This document shows positions 30,201 through 37,967 of a stretch of DNA of 44,307 bases, in pieces. Both the position numbers and the translations under genes were made by a program. Position 1 is the stretch's first letter. Every line of letters starts with the position of its first letter. Where the stretch lies: positions 1 through 44,307 of the IMG/VR virus record IMGVR_UViG_3300045988_060455; one strand, written 5' to 3'. This DNA is from a virus. A model generated the notes under the pieces. The model did not search any database. It was not told the origin of the DNA and was given only the letters and a program-made list of their open reading frames with translations.

Positions 30201-31180
30201 CTGACCGTGACCGTATCTCTACTCGCCAGCTGAACCGCCTGCGCCGCCGTATCCTCCGGGTGTACGGCACTGCCCGCCGGGAGATGCAGGAGCAGCTTAC
30301 CGAGTTTCTGGCAAAGTACAAAGCGCTGGACGAGCGCAAACGGGCGCAGCTGGCCGCAGGCGAGATCACCGAAGAGGACTACCGCATCTGGCTGCAAAAT
30401 CAGGTCTTTCAGTCCGATTTGATGCACGCAAAGCTGGACGGCATCACCCAGACCTGCACCACAGCCCAAGAGACTGCCTACAAGCTGGCCCGGGACGAGC
30501 AATACAACATCTTTTCCTTCGGCGCAAACTGGGCTTTCTACGAGCTGGAACGGGCCGCAGGAGTGACGTTCGGGCTGACCCTGTACAACACCGAAGCGGT
30601 CAAACTCCTGCTGAAGGAGAACCCCCGCATGGTACCCAACAAGCGTATCAAAAGCGAGAGCAACAAAACCTATGATGCAAAGGTATTCAACCGCTACGTC
30701 ATGCAGGGCATCGTGCAAGGCAAGAGCGTCCACGACATCGCCGTGCAGGCCGTGAATGGCATGGCTGACACGGAAATACACTGGGCCATGAACAACGCCA
30801 TCACAGCCCTTACCAGCGCCCAGAATGCCGGGGCTTTGCAGCAGATGCGAAACGCCCAGGCTTTGGGCATCGAGGTCAAAAAGCGGTGGAACTCCACCCA
30901 CGACTACCGCACCCGTGAAATGCACCGCCTGCTTGACCAGCAGACAGCAGAGCTTGACGAGCCGTTCAAGGTCATGGGATACGAGATTCAGCGCCCCGGC
31001 GACCCCAACGCAGCCCCGGAGATGGTTTACCACTGCCGCTGTGTGCTGTCCTCTGCTCTGGGCAGGTATCCCCGGCAGAACGCCATGCAGCGAGACAATG
31101 TGACCAAAGAGACAACGCCCGTCATGGACTACAACGAGTGGTATAAATCCAAGGGCGGAAAGGAAAAAGAGCAAATGTAG
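30197..31180 (+). CDS. Head morphogenesis protein (SPP1 gp7 / Mu F-like)
   Basis: ..WNSTHDYRTREMHRLLDQQ..PGDPNAAPEMVYHCRCVL is the typical gp7/MuF C-terminal motif. Confidence 0.8.
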   Translation: MTDRDRISTRQLNRLRRRILRVYGTARREMQEQLTEFLAKYKALDERKRAQLAAGEITEEDYRIWLQNQVFQSDLMHAKLDGITQTCTTAQETAYKLARDEQYNIFSFGANWAFYELERAAGVTFGLTLYNTEAVKLLLKENPRMVPNKRIKSESNKTYDAKVFNRYVMQGIVQGKSVHDIAVQAVNGMADTEIHWAMNNAITALTSAQNAGALQQMRNAQALGIEVKKRWNSTHDYRTREMHRLLDQQTAELDEPFKVMGYEIQRPGDPNAAPEMVYHCRCVLSSALGRYPRQNAMQRDNVTKETTPVMDYNEWYKSKGGKEKEQM

Positions 31181-31220
31181 TGGGCAGAAGAGAGAAAACG
31201 GAGAAAGGAGAGCGCAAAGC

Positions 31221-31406
31221 ATGAAAAATAAGAAGTTTGGGATTGTCGTAATCAACGATGACTTTTTCTTGAACTTTTGCCGTGATTTTAAGCCCCCGTG
31301 TGGTTACATTAAGCCAAAACACGCGCGGCCTTCCTACGGAAATGGCGCAAAGCCGCATGGAGCACACAAACGCCTTATTAGGACAATGGAAGGATTCAGA
31401 AAATGA
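31221..31406 (+). CDS. Doubtful small basic ORF
   Basis: An RBS is present but the composition is poor. AT-rich. Confidence 0.3.
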   Translation: MKNKKFGIVVINDDFFLNFCRDFKPPCGYIKPKHARPSYGNGAKPHGAHKRLIRTMEGFRK

Positions 31407-31456
31407 ATGTCTTGACGTTGGGCAGAGCAGGAGGAAGAAGGAACGAGAATGAAGCA

Positions 31457-31488
31457 TAAAAATAAGGCCCTGCCACCCGGCAGAGCCT
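31457..31488 (-). terminator. Terminator of the island's XRE gene
   Basis: aggccctgcc-accc-ggcagagcct. The minus strand continues with a T-rich tract. Confidence 0.7.
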
Positions 31489-31493
31489 AAAGG

Positions 31494-31775
31494 TCACAGA
31501 CCTTTGATTTGGTTGAGCAGAGCCGCACGCAGGGCATCGGTTTCAGCGTCCGCTTGTGGCTTGTTCGGGTCATCCGGGATATATTCCAGTATATCGCCGG
31601 GCTGACAATGAAGCACCTCACAAATTTTGTCAAGCGCCCCAACGGGAAACTGCTTGATAGTGCCAAGACAGATTGCTGATATGGTAGGCGGTCTAATCCC
31701 AGTAGCTTCAGCGAGTTCCTTTTGGGTCATGTTTGCGTCTGCGAGCAAGGCCTTTAAGTGATAGCTTATCGACAT
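31494..31775 (-). CDS. XRE-family repressor of the moron island
   Basis: Start ATG 31775 behind AAGAGG. MSISYHLKALLADANMTQKELAEATGIRPPTISAICLG.. Confidence 0.8.
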   Translation of the reverse strand: MSISYHLKALLADANMTQKELAEATGIRPPTISAICLGTIKQFPVGALDKICEVLHCQPGDILEYIPDDPNKPQADAETDALRAALLNQIKGL

Positions 31776-31800
31776 TTCTAACACCTCTTTTCCTACATCT

Positions 31801-31829
31801 ATAATACTACGCCATCCGTTAATAGTCAA
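31801..31829 (-). promoter_or_regulatory. Promoter of the island repressor
   Basis: The minus strand reads TTGACT (31829-31824), a 17-nt spacer, then TATTAT (31806-31801). Confidence 0.6.
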
Positions 31830-31895
31830 TACGCAAAACGTAAAAAATATTTTTGAAAATTACGGAAAACGTATTGACGAATTACGCAATTCGTA
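31830..31895. promoter_or_regulatory. Three palindromic operators TACGnAAnnCGTA
   Basis: O1 tacgcaaaacgta (31830-31842), O2 tacggaaaacgta (31861-31873), O3 tacgcaattcgta (31883-31895). O1 and O2 abut the two -35 boxes; O3 sits in the spacer of the rightward promoter. Confidence 0.7.
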
Positions 31896-31902
31896 GTATA
31901 AT
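31874..31902 (+). promoter_or_regulatory. Consensus-like rightward promoter of the island
   Basis: TTGACG (31874-31879), a 17-nt spacer, then TATAAT (31897-31902). Confidence 0.7.
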
Positions 31903-31923
31903 AGATGCATGGAAAGGAGGTCA

Positions 31924-32113
31924 GAGGTGCAAGGGAGCAAATACCGGGAGGTGATGCTCCGTGACTAGCAAGGAGTTTGCAAAGCTCACCAGAGCCGAGC
32001 AGTTGGCACGGTTTGACGCATATAAAAAAGCGGCCAGCGCTGGAACGCTGAACCGCTAAGACACAAGAAAGCAACCAGTCAAGAAGCCCCTTGCACCTCC
32101 ATTTTATTTTTTT
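31924..32113 (+). promoter_or_regulatory. Attenuator-like leader: long-range stem plus U-tract
   Basis: gaggtgcaaggg (31924-31935) is perfectly complementary to cccttgcacctc (32088-32099), followed by ttttattttttt (32102-32113). Confidence 0.5.
31961..32059 (+). CDS. Possible 32-codon leader ORF enclosed by the long-range stem
   Basis: GTG 31961 behind GGGAGG (31945-31950). (M)TSKEFAKLTRAEQLARFDAYKKAASAGTLNR. Confidence 0.3.
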   Translation: MTSKEFAKLTRAEQLARFDAYKKAASAGTLNR

Positions 32114-32150
32114 ATAAGCGATTTGTCAAGTAAAATGTGAGGTTTTAGCA

Positions 32151-32438
32151 ATGGAAACACCAAAAATCACGAAAGTGGAGCTTGAACTGGATGCTGTTTC
32201 TGGTGAACTCCGAGTAATGCACGACCTGTTGAACATCTTTGCCAACTGGTTTGAGGAAACGCACAAGACCGATATGATCAAGCGGGAGCGCACCAGCGAG
32301 CTTGTGAGCCAGATTTGGAGAGAAGCCCCGATGTACAACTCCATGCTGACGGCCCTGTTTGCATCCCTTACCGGTCTGGAAAAGGAAGTAGACGAAGTAC
32401 TTAACTATCAAATTGCAGAACAAGAGGTAAACGCATGA
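32151..32438 (+). CDS. Hypothetical helical protein
   Basis: 95 aa. Its stop overlaps the antirepressor start. Confidence 0.6.
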   Translation: METPKITKVELELDAVSGELRVMHDLLNIFANWFEETHKTDMIKRERTSELVSQIWREAPMYNSMLTALFASLTGLEKEVDEVLNYQIAEQEVNA

Positions 32439-33184
32439 GTAACATCCAGATTTTCAACTACCGGTCCAACGAAGTCCGCACCGTAGAGATGGGCGGCGAA
32501 CCGTGGTTTGTCCTCAAGGACGTGTGCACAGTGCTGGGCATTTCCCACATCACGGACACCGCCAAGCGCATGGATGAGGATGAGGTCGGTCAGACCGAGG
32601 TCATCGACAGCATGGGTCGCAAGCAGTCCACCTACATCATCAATGAGAGCGGCCTGTACAACGTCATTCTCCGCAGCGACAAGCCGGAAGCCAAACCGTT
32701 CCGCAAATGGGTCACGTCCGAGGTGCTGCCCTCCATCCGCAAGAATGGCGGTTACATCGCCGGACAGGAGCAGCTCACCCCGGAAGAGCTGATGGCAAAG
32801 GCGCTGCTTGTGGCAAACAAGACCCTTGCAGACCGGGAAGCCCGCATCTGTGAGCTGACCGCACAGAACAGTCAGCTCACCGTGGAGAAGCAGATCATGC
32901 AGCCCAAGGCCGAGTATTTTGACGAGCTGGTTGACCGCAATCTGCTGACCAACTTTCGGGAGACCGCCAAGGAGCTGGGCATCAAGCCCAAAGCCTTTGT
33001 GGCATGGCTGCTGGAAAAGAAATTCCTTTACCGTGACCAGAAAGGCAAGCTGCTGCCCCGAGAGGACAAGAACAGCGGCCTGTTCGAGGTCAAGGAAGCC
33101 AAGAACGACAAGACCCAGTGGAGTGGCGTACAGACGCTTATCACTCCCAAAGGCCGAGAGACGTTCCGGCTGCTGTACCTGTAA
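32435..33184 (+). CDS. BRO-N / KilA-C-type antirepressor
   Basis: MSNIQIFNYRSNEVRTVEMGGEPWFVLKDVCTVLGIS.. (BRO-N), a coiled coil, then ..FRETAKELGIKPKAFVAWLLEKKFLYRD.. Confidence 0.8.
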   Translation: MSNIQIFNYRSNEVRTVEMGGEPWFVLKDVCTVLGISHITDTAKRMDEDEVGQTEVIDSMGRKQSTYIINESGLYNVILRSDKPEAKPFRKWVTSEVLPSIRKNGGYIAGQEQLTPEELMAKALLVANKTLADREARICELTAQNSQLTVEKQIMQPKAEYFDELVDRNLLTNFRETAKELGIKPKAFVAWLLEKKFLYRDQKGKLLPREDKNSGLFEVKEAKNDKTQWSGVQTLITPKGRETFRLLYL

Positions 33185-33196
33185 CTGAATAACCGA

Positions 33197-33226
33197 CCCT
33201 GCCCCACACCGGGGCGGGGTTTTGTT
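33197..33226 (+). terminator. Terminator closing the moron island
   Basis: ccctgcccc-acacc-ggggcgggg followed by ttttgtt. Confidence 0.75.
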
Positions 33227-33242
33227 ATACATAGAGTAAACC

Positions 33243-33695
33243 ATGAACTTTAACTACGACATCAAATTCACGGACAACACCCCGCGGCTGCTTGAAGCTC
33301 TGGACTCTTGGGCAGAGCGGGTGCTGACCATCTGGGGCATGAAGGTGCAGGACTACGCCCAGCTTCTTGTGCCCACAGGCACGGCAGACAGCACGGGCAT
33401 TGAGGGCTATGTGGGCGGTGCGCTCAAGCAAAGCCTGACCTACGCCGTAGACCTTGCAAAAAAGACCGTGACCATCGGGTCAAATCTCTTTTACAGCGTG
33501 TATGTGGAGCTGGGCACGGGCGTACACGCAACAAACGGCAACGGTCGCAAAACGCCGTGGGTCTGGAAAGACTTCAACGGCAAGTGGCACTTTACCCGGG
33601 GCATGGCTCCCCGTCCGTTCCTCCGCCCTGCGGTGGAAGAACACATTGACGAGCTGCGAGAAATCGCGGTGGAAGAAGGAAACAAGAAGGCATAA
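33243..33695 (+). CDS. HK97 gp10-family protein (head-tail joining), in a non-canonical position
   Basis: ..SNLFYSVYVELGTG..RGMAPRPFLRPAVEEH.. follows the gp10-family pattern. Confidence 0.65.
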   Translation: MNFNYDIKFTDNTPRLLEALDSWAERVLTIWGMKVQDYAQLLVPTGTADSTGIEGYVGGALKQSLTYAVDLAKKTVTIGSNLFYSVYVELGTGVHATNGNGRKTPWVWKDFNGKWHFTRGMAPRPFLRPAVEEHIDELREIAVEEGNKKA

Positions 33696-33696
33696 C

Positions 33697-34074
33697 ATGA
33701 AGAAAATTTTCGCATCTATCGTGCTGCTTGCGGCGCTGTTGCTGTGCGGCTGCTCGGAGGCTGCCAAGGCCAATGCCAACATCTCCAAGCAGGCCGATTA
33801 CTTTGAGAGCGAGCGCAAGATCACCGTCTACAACGCCCGAACCGACAAGGTGATCATGGAAGCCGAGGGCTACATGTCCATCTCCAACAACTCGGACAAC
33901 GAGCTGGTCTGCACTGTAAAAATCGGCCCAGACACCTACCGCAAGAATTACATCTACCTGAACGACTACACCATGTATGTGGTGGAGGACATCACCGGCA
34001 CCCATACCGACCCCTACCACTACAAGCTCTATTTCCACACTGACATCCTGCCCAGCGTGGAAACAAGACCGTAA
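33697..34074 (+). CDS. Beta-sandwich-type lipoprotein
   Basis: Signal MKKIFASIVLLAALLLCGC with an L-C-G-C lipobox. ..ISKQADYFESERKITVYNARTDKVIMEAEGYMSIS.. Confidence 0.7.
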   Translation: MKKIFASIVLLAALLLCGCSEAAKANANISKQADYFESERKITVYNARTDKVIMEAEGYMSISNNSDNELVCTVKIGPDTYRKNYIYLNDYTMYVVEDITGTHTDPYHYKLYFHTDILPSVETRP

Positions 34075-34087
34075 AATTTAATACTCA

Positions 34088-34118
34088 GCGGTTGGCGCAC
34101 AGCGTCAGCCGCTTTTTT
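34088..34118 (+). terminator. Hairpin plus T-run directly preceding the second CAT tRNA
   Basis: gcggttg / cagccgc followed by tttttt. Confidence 0.65.
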
Positions 34119-34120
34119 AT

Positions 34121-34196
34121 GCCGCTTTCGCACAACTGGCAGTGCTCCCGGCTCATAACCGGGTAGTTGCAGGTTCGACCCCTGCAAGCGGCACCA
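34121..34196 (+). tRNA. Second tRNA with CAT anticodon (CCA encoded)
   Basis: gccgctt / D arm gcac-AACTGGCA-gtgc / cccgg-CTCATAA-ccggg / gcagg-TTCGACC-cctgc / aagcggc-a-cca. The acceptor stem and T stem match those of 26680-26753; the D arm and anticodon stem differ. Confidence 0.8.
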
Positions 34197-34272
34197 CACC
34201 GGCAGCACGTCCGGTAAATTAAACCTTATTGCCAAGCATGGCAGCCCGAGCAAGGGCGGAAAGGACTATCAC

Positions 34273-34860
34273 ATGGCACTCGAACGCAAGACTCTCCGGG
34301 CGATTCTGGAAGATGAAACGACCGACACCAGCGGCAAGCTCAAGAAAATTCTGGACGTGCTGCATGAGGAAACGGACACTTTGCAGAACCAGCTCGATGA
34401 GAAGAACGCAGCCCTCGCCAAAGCCGAAAAGGACCGCGATGCAGCCAACAGCGGCAAGGAAGCCGCTGAAAAGGCGCTGACCGACTACAAGGACCAGCAG
34501 ACCCAGAGGGACACCCGGGCCACGAAAGCAGCGGCATACAAGCAGCTGCTGAAGGACAATGGCGTGCTGGAAAAGCACTTTGACCGCGTTGTAAAAATGA
34601 CCGGCGCGGACATCGACGCTTTGGAGCTGGACGAGAACGGCAAGGTCAAGGACGCAAAGAAGTTCATGGACAGCCAGAAAGACGTGTGGGGCGACTTTGT
34701 GGCTACAACCACGACCACCGGCGCGAAGGTGGATACCCCGCCCACCAACACCGGCTCCAAAATGACCAAAGAGCAGATCATCAACATCAAAGACGCAAGC
34801 GAACGGCAGGCGGCCATTGCGGCCAACCCTGAAGCGTTCGGGCTTGCAGCAAAGGAGTAA
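34273..34860 (+). CDS. Scaffolding protein
   Basis: 195 aa, highly charged coiled coil, immediately upstream of the major capsid gene. Confidence 0.75.
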   Translation: MALERKTLRAILEDETTDTSGKLKKILDVLHEETDTLQNQLDEKNAALAKAEKDRDAANSGKEAAEKALTDYKDQQTQRDTRATKAAAYKQLLKDNGVLEKHFDRVVKMTGADIDALELDENGKVKDAKKFMDSQKDVWGDFVATTTTTGAKVDTPPTNTGSKMTKEQIINIKDASERQAAIAANPEAFGLAAKE

Positions 34861-34863
34861 CAC

Positions 34864-35802
34864 ATGGCAGCACCCGAAAATCTTACCACTGCTTCCCAGA
34901 TCACTACCTCTATTCGTGAGGTGGATTTTGTTACCCAGTTCCAGAAGAACTGGGACGCTCTGCGCACCATTCTGGGCATCATGCGCCCCATCCGCAAGGC
35001 ACCTGGCACCAAACTGGTCTCCTACAAGGCAACCGTTGACGGCGGCCTGCAGGGCGGCACTGCCGTCGGCGAGGGTGAAGACATTCCTCTGACCAAGACC
35101 AAGGTCGAGCCTGTGGCCTATGACGACATCGAGCTCGGCAAGTGGGCAAAGGCGGTTTCTATCGAAGCCGTCACCAAGTACGGCGCGACTGTGGCCGTGG
35201 AGCGCACCGATACTGCGTTCCGCAATGAGCTGCAGAAGAAAGTTCTGACCGACTTTTACACCTTCCTCAAGACCGGCAAGCTGGTGGGCACTCAGAAGAC
35301 CTGGCAGCGTGCTCTGGCTATCGCAAAGGGCGCAGTCCTGAAGCGCTTTGCCAACGACAATCTGGACGTGACCGAGGTCGTGGGCTTTGCCAATATCATG
35401 GACTTCTACGACTACCTGGGCGACAAGGAGATCACCGTTCAGACCGAGTTCGGACTGAACTACGTCAAGAACTTCCTCGGTTACAGCACCCTCTTCCTCC
35501 TGCCTGACGCTTACATCGAGCAGAAGAAGGTGATCGCAATTCCCGTGGAGAACATCGACCTGTACTACGTGGATCCCGCAGACCGCGACTATGCCACCAT
35601 GGGCGCAAACTACACCGTCTCCGGAGAGACCAACCTGCTGGGCTACCATACCGAGTACAACTACAAGAACGCCACCACTACCAACTATGCCATCATGGGC
35701 ATGAAGCTGTGGGCAGAGTATCTGGACGGCATCGCAGTCGTGACCGTCGGCACGTCCAACACCGAGCCCGCTGTGGCCGCCTCTGAATCCACCGGGCGCT
35801 AA
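34864..35802 (+). CDS. Major capsid protein (HK97 fold, SPP1 gp13-like)
   Basis: 312 aa. Assigned from position after the scaffold and from composition. Confidence 0.8.
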   Translation: MAAPENLTTASQITTSIREVDFVTQFQKNWDALRTILGIMRPIRKAPGTKLVSYKATVDGGLQGGTAVGEGEDIPLTKTKVEPVAYDDIELGKWAKAVSIEAVTKYGATVAVERTDTAFRNELQKKVLTDFYTFLKTGKLVGTQKTWQRALAIAKGAVLKRFANDNLDVTEVVGFANIMDFYDYLGDKEITVQTEFGLNYVKNFLGYSTLFLLPDAYIEQKKVIAIPVENIDLYYVDPADRDYATMGANYTVSGETNLLGYHTEYNYKNATTTNYAIMGMKLWAEYLDGIAVVTVGTSNTEPAVAASESTGR

Positions 35803-35818
35803 GAAGAGGTGACTTTGA

Positions 35819-36229
35819 ATGACCGTCCCTGAGCTGTGCGTTTACACGCACAATTTTTTTGACCGGGCAGACAACCCCGTTGCCGGGGAGTTCGCCTTTG
35901 AGCCGGACACCGTGCCCGCCGGGGTAGTGCCGGGGCAGTATTTCCTCGTGTGTGGATCCATTTTCAATGACGGCGTGCACAAGGCCGGGGACGGCGATCT
36001 GACCGCCGAGACCTTCACCGGGACGGTGCAGCCCATGCGCGTGCCGCCTGATTTTGTGGCGCTGGCTGAAAAAATCGACGCATACGACAAGGCGCTCCCG
36101 GCCGGCGGCATGTATGTGTCTCAGTCCTTTGCCGGCTGGTCCGGCACGATGGTTACAGGCGCGGACGGCCTGCCCGCAGACGGCAAGACCCGCTATAAAT
36201 CCGAGATCAATCAGTGGAGGAAGATGTGA
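35819..36229 (+). CDS. Putative head-tail connector / adaptor
   Basis: Call based on position only. 136 aa. Confidence 0.45.
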   Translation: MTVPELCVYTHNFFDRADNPVAGEFAFEPDTVPAGVVPGQYFLVCGSIFNDGVHKAGDGDLTAETFTGTVQPMRVPPDFVALAEKIDAYDKALPAGGMYVSQSFAGWSGTMVTGADGLPADGKTRYKSEINQWRKM

Positions 36230-36230
36230 C

Positions 36231-36599
36231 ATGGTCAACGCATTCACTGCATCCACCGCGATGCAGAGCTTTACCCAAAAATACCGTTTTCTGACCCGCA
36301 ACTATGAGCCGGACGGCGTGGGCGGCTTTGTGTCCGGCTGGCAGGACGGCCCCGAGTTTGAGGCCGTGGAGCGCCACGACACCACCGTGGAAGCTCAGGT
36401 GGCAGAGCAGGCCGACACGGCATCCACCTATACCCTGCTGGTCGGCACCGGCGTGCCGCTGGCCTTCCCGGACTACATCAAGCGGGTGAGCGACGGGCAG
36501 ACCTTCCAGATCACGAGCGCAGCAGATGAGGGCAAAGCCCCGCCGGAATCCGGCATGGGGCTGCGGGCCGTCAAGTGCAAAAAGGCGGTGCTGCCGTAA
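36231..36599 (+). CDS. Head-closure / head-tail joining protein
   Basis: ATG 36231. 122 aa. Call based on position and a gp16-like pattern. Confidence 0.5.
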   Translation: MVNAFTASTAMQSFTQKYRFLTRNYEPDGVGGFVSGWQDGPEFEAVERHDTTVEAQVAEQADTASTYTLLVGTGVPLAFPDYIKRVSDGQTFQITSAADEGKAPPESGMGLRAVKCKKAVLP

Positions 36600-36981
36600 T
36601 GGGACCGTCTGAGAGCATCAACCGGGCGCTGAACACGTTTTTTAACAGCTTTGGCACCCGGGCTATCTGGAGGATAACATTCCTCCTGCCGCTTCACTGC
36701 CCTATCTGACCTACAAGCCCACCATCCCCGGCGGGTGGAACGAGTCGTCATCCTTCCACGCCCGGCTGTGGTACCCCAGCAAGGGCGGCAGAGCCCCCAT
36801 CCTGCAAACCGAGGATACGATCAGCGCGGCTATCCCAAGAGGCGGCTTAAAAATCGAGTGCGAGGGCGGCGCTATTCTTTTGGACAAAGACGATAAAGAT
36901 TGGGCACAGCCACTCAACAACACGCCTGAAGGATATCTGTGCGAATACCTTATTTTTGAACTTACACGGCTTATACCGTGA
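36599..36981 (+). pseudogene. Tail-completion/terminator-like gene split by a -1 frame change near 36656-36660
   Basis: The first frame reads MGPSESINRALNTFFNSFG.. and stops at 36709. The -1 frame is open from 36646 and reads PGYLEDNIPPAASLPYLTYKP..LWYPSKGG..EYLIFELTRLIP* to 36981, with no start codon of its own. Confidence 0.6.
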
Positions 36982-36994
36982 GTAAAGGAGCAAT

Positions 36995-37585
36995 ATGGCT
37001 GAAACTTTAGCAAAGAAGTTTAACGTCAACGTTTTGACAGCGGAGGCTTTCAAGAGCATCCCCAAGGGCTCGGGCAACATTTTGTCCGATTTCTCGCTTG
37101 AGACCCCGAAAATCGATGAAACAAACGTCATTCACGCCACACAGGGCGGCGTGACTATCACCTATCAGAACTCCACCGAGGATACTCTTTCCGAAATCGA
37201 CAACGCCCCCACCAATACAAAGCAGGGCGTGGAAGTCACCGGAACCACCGCAACCATCTCTTACACGACCCCCAACGCAGACCCTAAGAGCATCCAGCTC
37301 TCTATTGGCACTGCGGACATCGACCCGGAAGACCCCACCCACGTGGTTGCACGCCTGAAAACCGCTTTGACGGATTTCAAGCCCATTTGGTGGGTCGGCC
37401 CTATGATCGGCGGCGGCTTTATCGCGGTTAAGCTCTATAATGCCATGTCCACCGGTGGCCTGAGCCTGAAATCTGAGCATCGCGGCGGCGGCTCGATGCA
37501 GATCACGCTGACCGCTTTTGCAGACCTCGAGAACCCCGAACAGGCCCCGATGGAGTTCTACTCTATCACAAAGGCCGCGTCCTGA
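36995..37585 (+). CDS. Major tail protein
   Basis: AAAGGAG RBS. 196 aa. It lies upstream of the G/G-T chaperone pair. Confidence 0.75.
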   Translation: MAETLAKKFNVNVLTAEAFKSIPKGSGNILSDFSLETPKIDETNVIHATQGGVTITYQNSTEDTLSEIDNAPTNTKQGVEVTGTTATISYTTPNADPKSIQLSIGTADIDPEDPTHVVARLKTALTDFKPIWWVGPMIGGGFIAVKLYNAMSTGGLSLKSEHRGGGSMQITLTAFADLENPEQAPMEFYSITKAAS

Positions 37586-37601
37586 TGTAAGGAGGAAAGA
37601 C

Positions 37602-37967
37602 ATGAAGGAAATCATTGATCTGGAAGGCAAGGAGTACCTTGCAAAAACTTATAAGCTGGCAAAGGCATACAAGCAGTGCATCGTTGACACGGGCGCAGTG
37701 GCGGCGGCAACTCAGCCCGCGCCGCTGACTGGCAACGAAACCCCGGAGGAGAAGGCCAAAAAGATTGCAGAACAGGGCGCGAAAAATGCGGAAGAAATGA
37801 TGCGCATGATCTACGAAGAGCACGCAGACATGACCGAAAAGGTCTTGCCGCTCTTTGTGGCGCTGGATGAGGGCGAAGAGCTTCCGCCCACCAGAAAGCT
37901 GGCCGCAGCAATGTCCCGCGCACTGTCTGATGACGATTTCATGGATTTTTTGAGATCCTTGATGTGA
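37602..37967 (+). CDS. Tail assembly chaperone (gpG-like)
   Basis: AAGGAGGA RBS. 121 aa. The slippery heptamer lies 5 codons before its stop. Confidence 0.75.
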   Translation: MKEIIDLEGKEYLAKTYKLAKAYKQCIVDTGAVAAATQPAPLTGNETPEEKAKKIAEQGAKNAEEMMRMIYEEHADMTEKVLPLFVALDEGEELPPTRKLAAAMSRALSDDDFMDFLRSLM

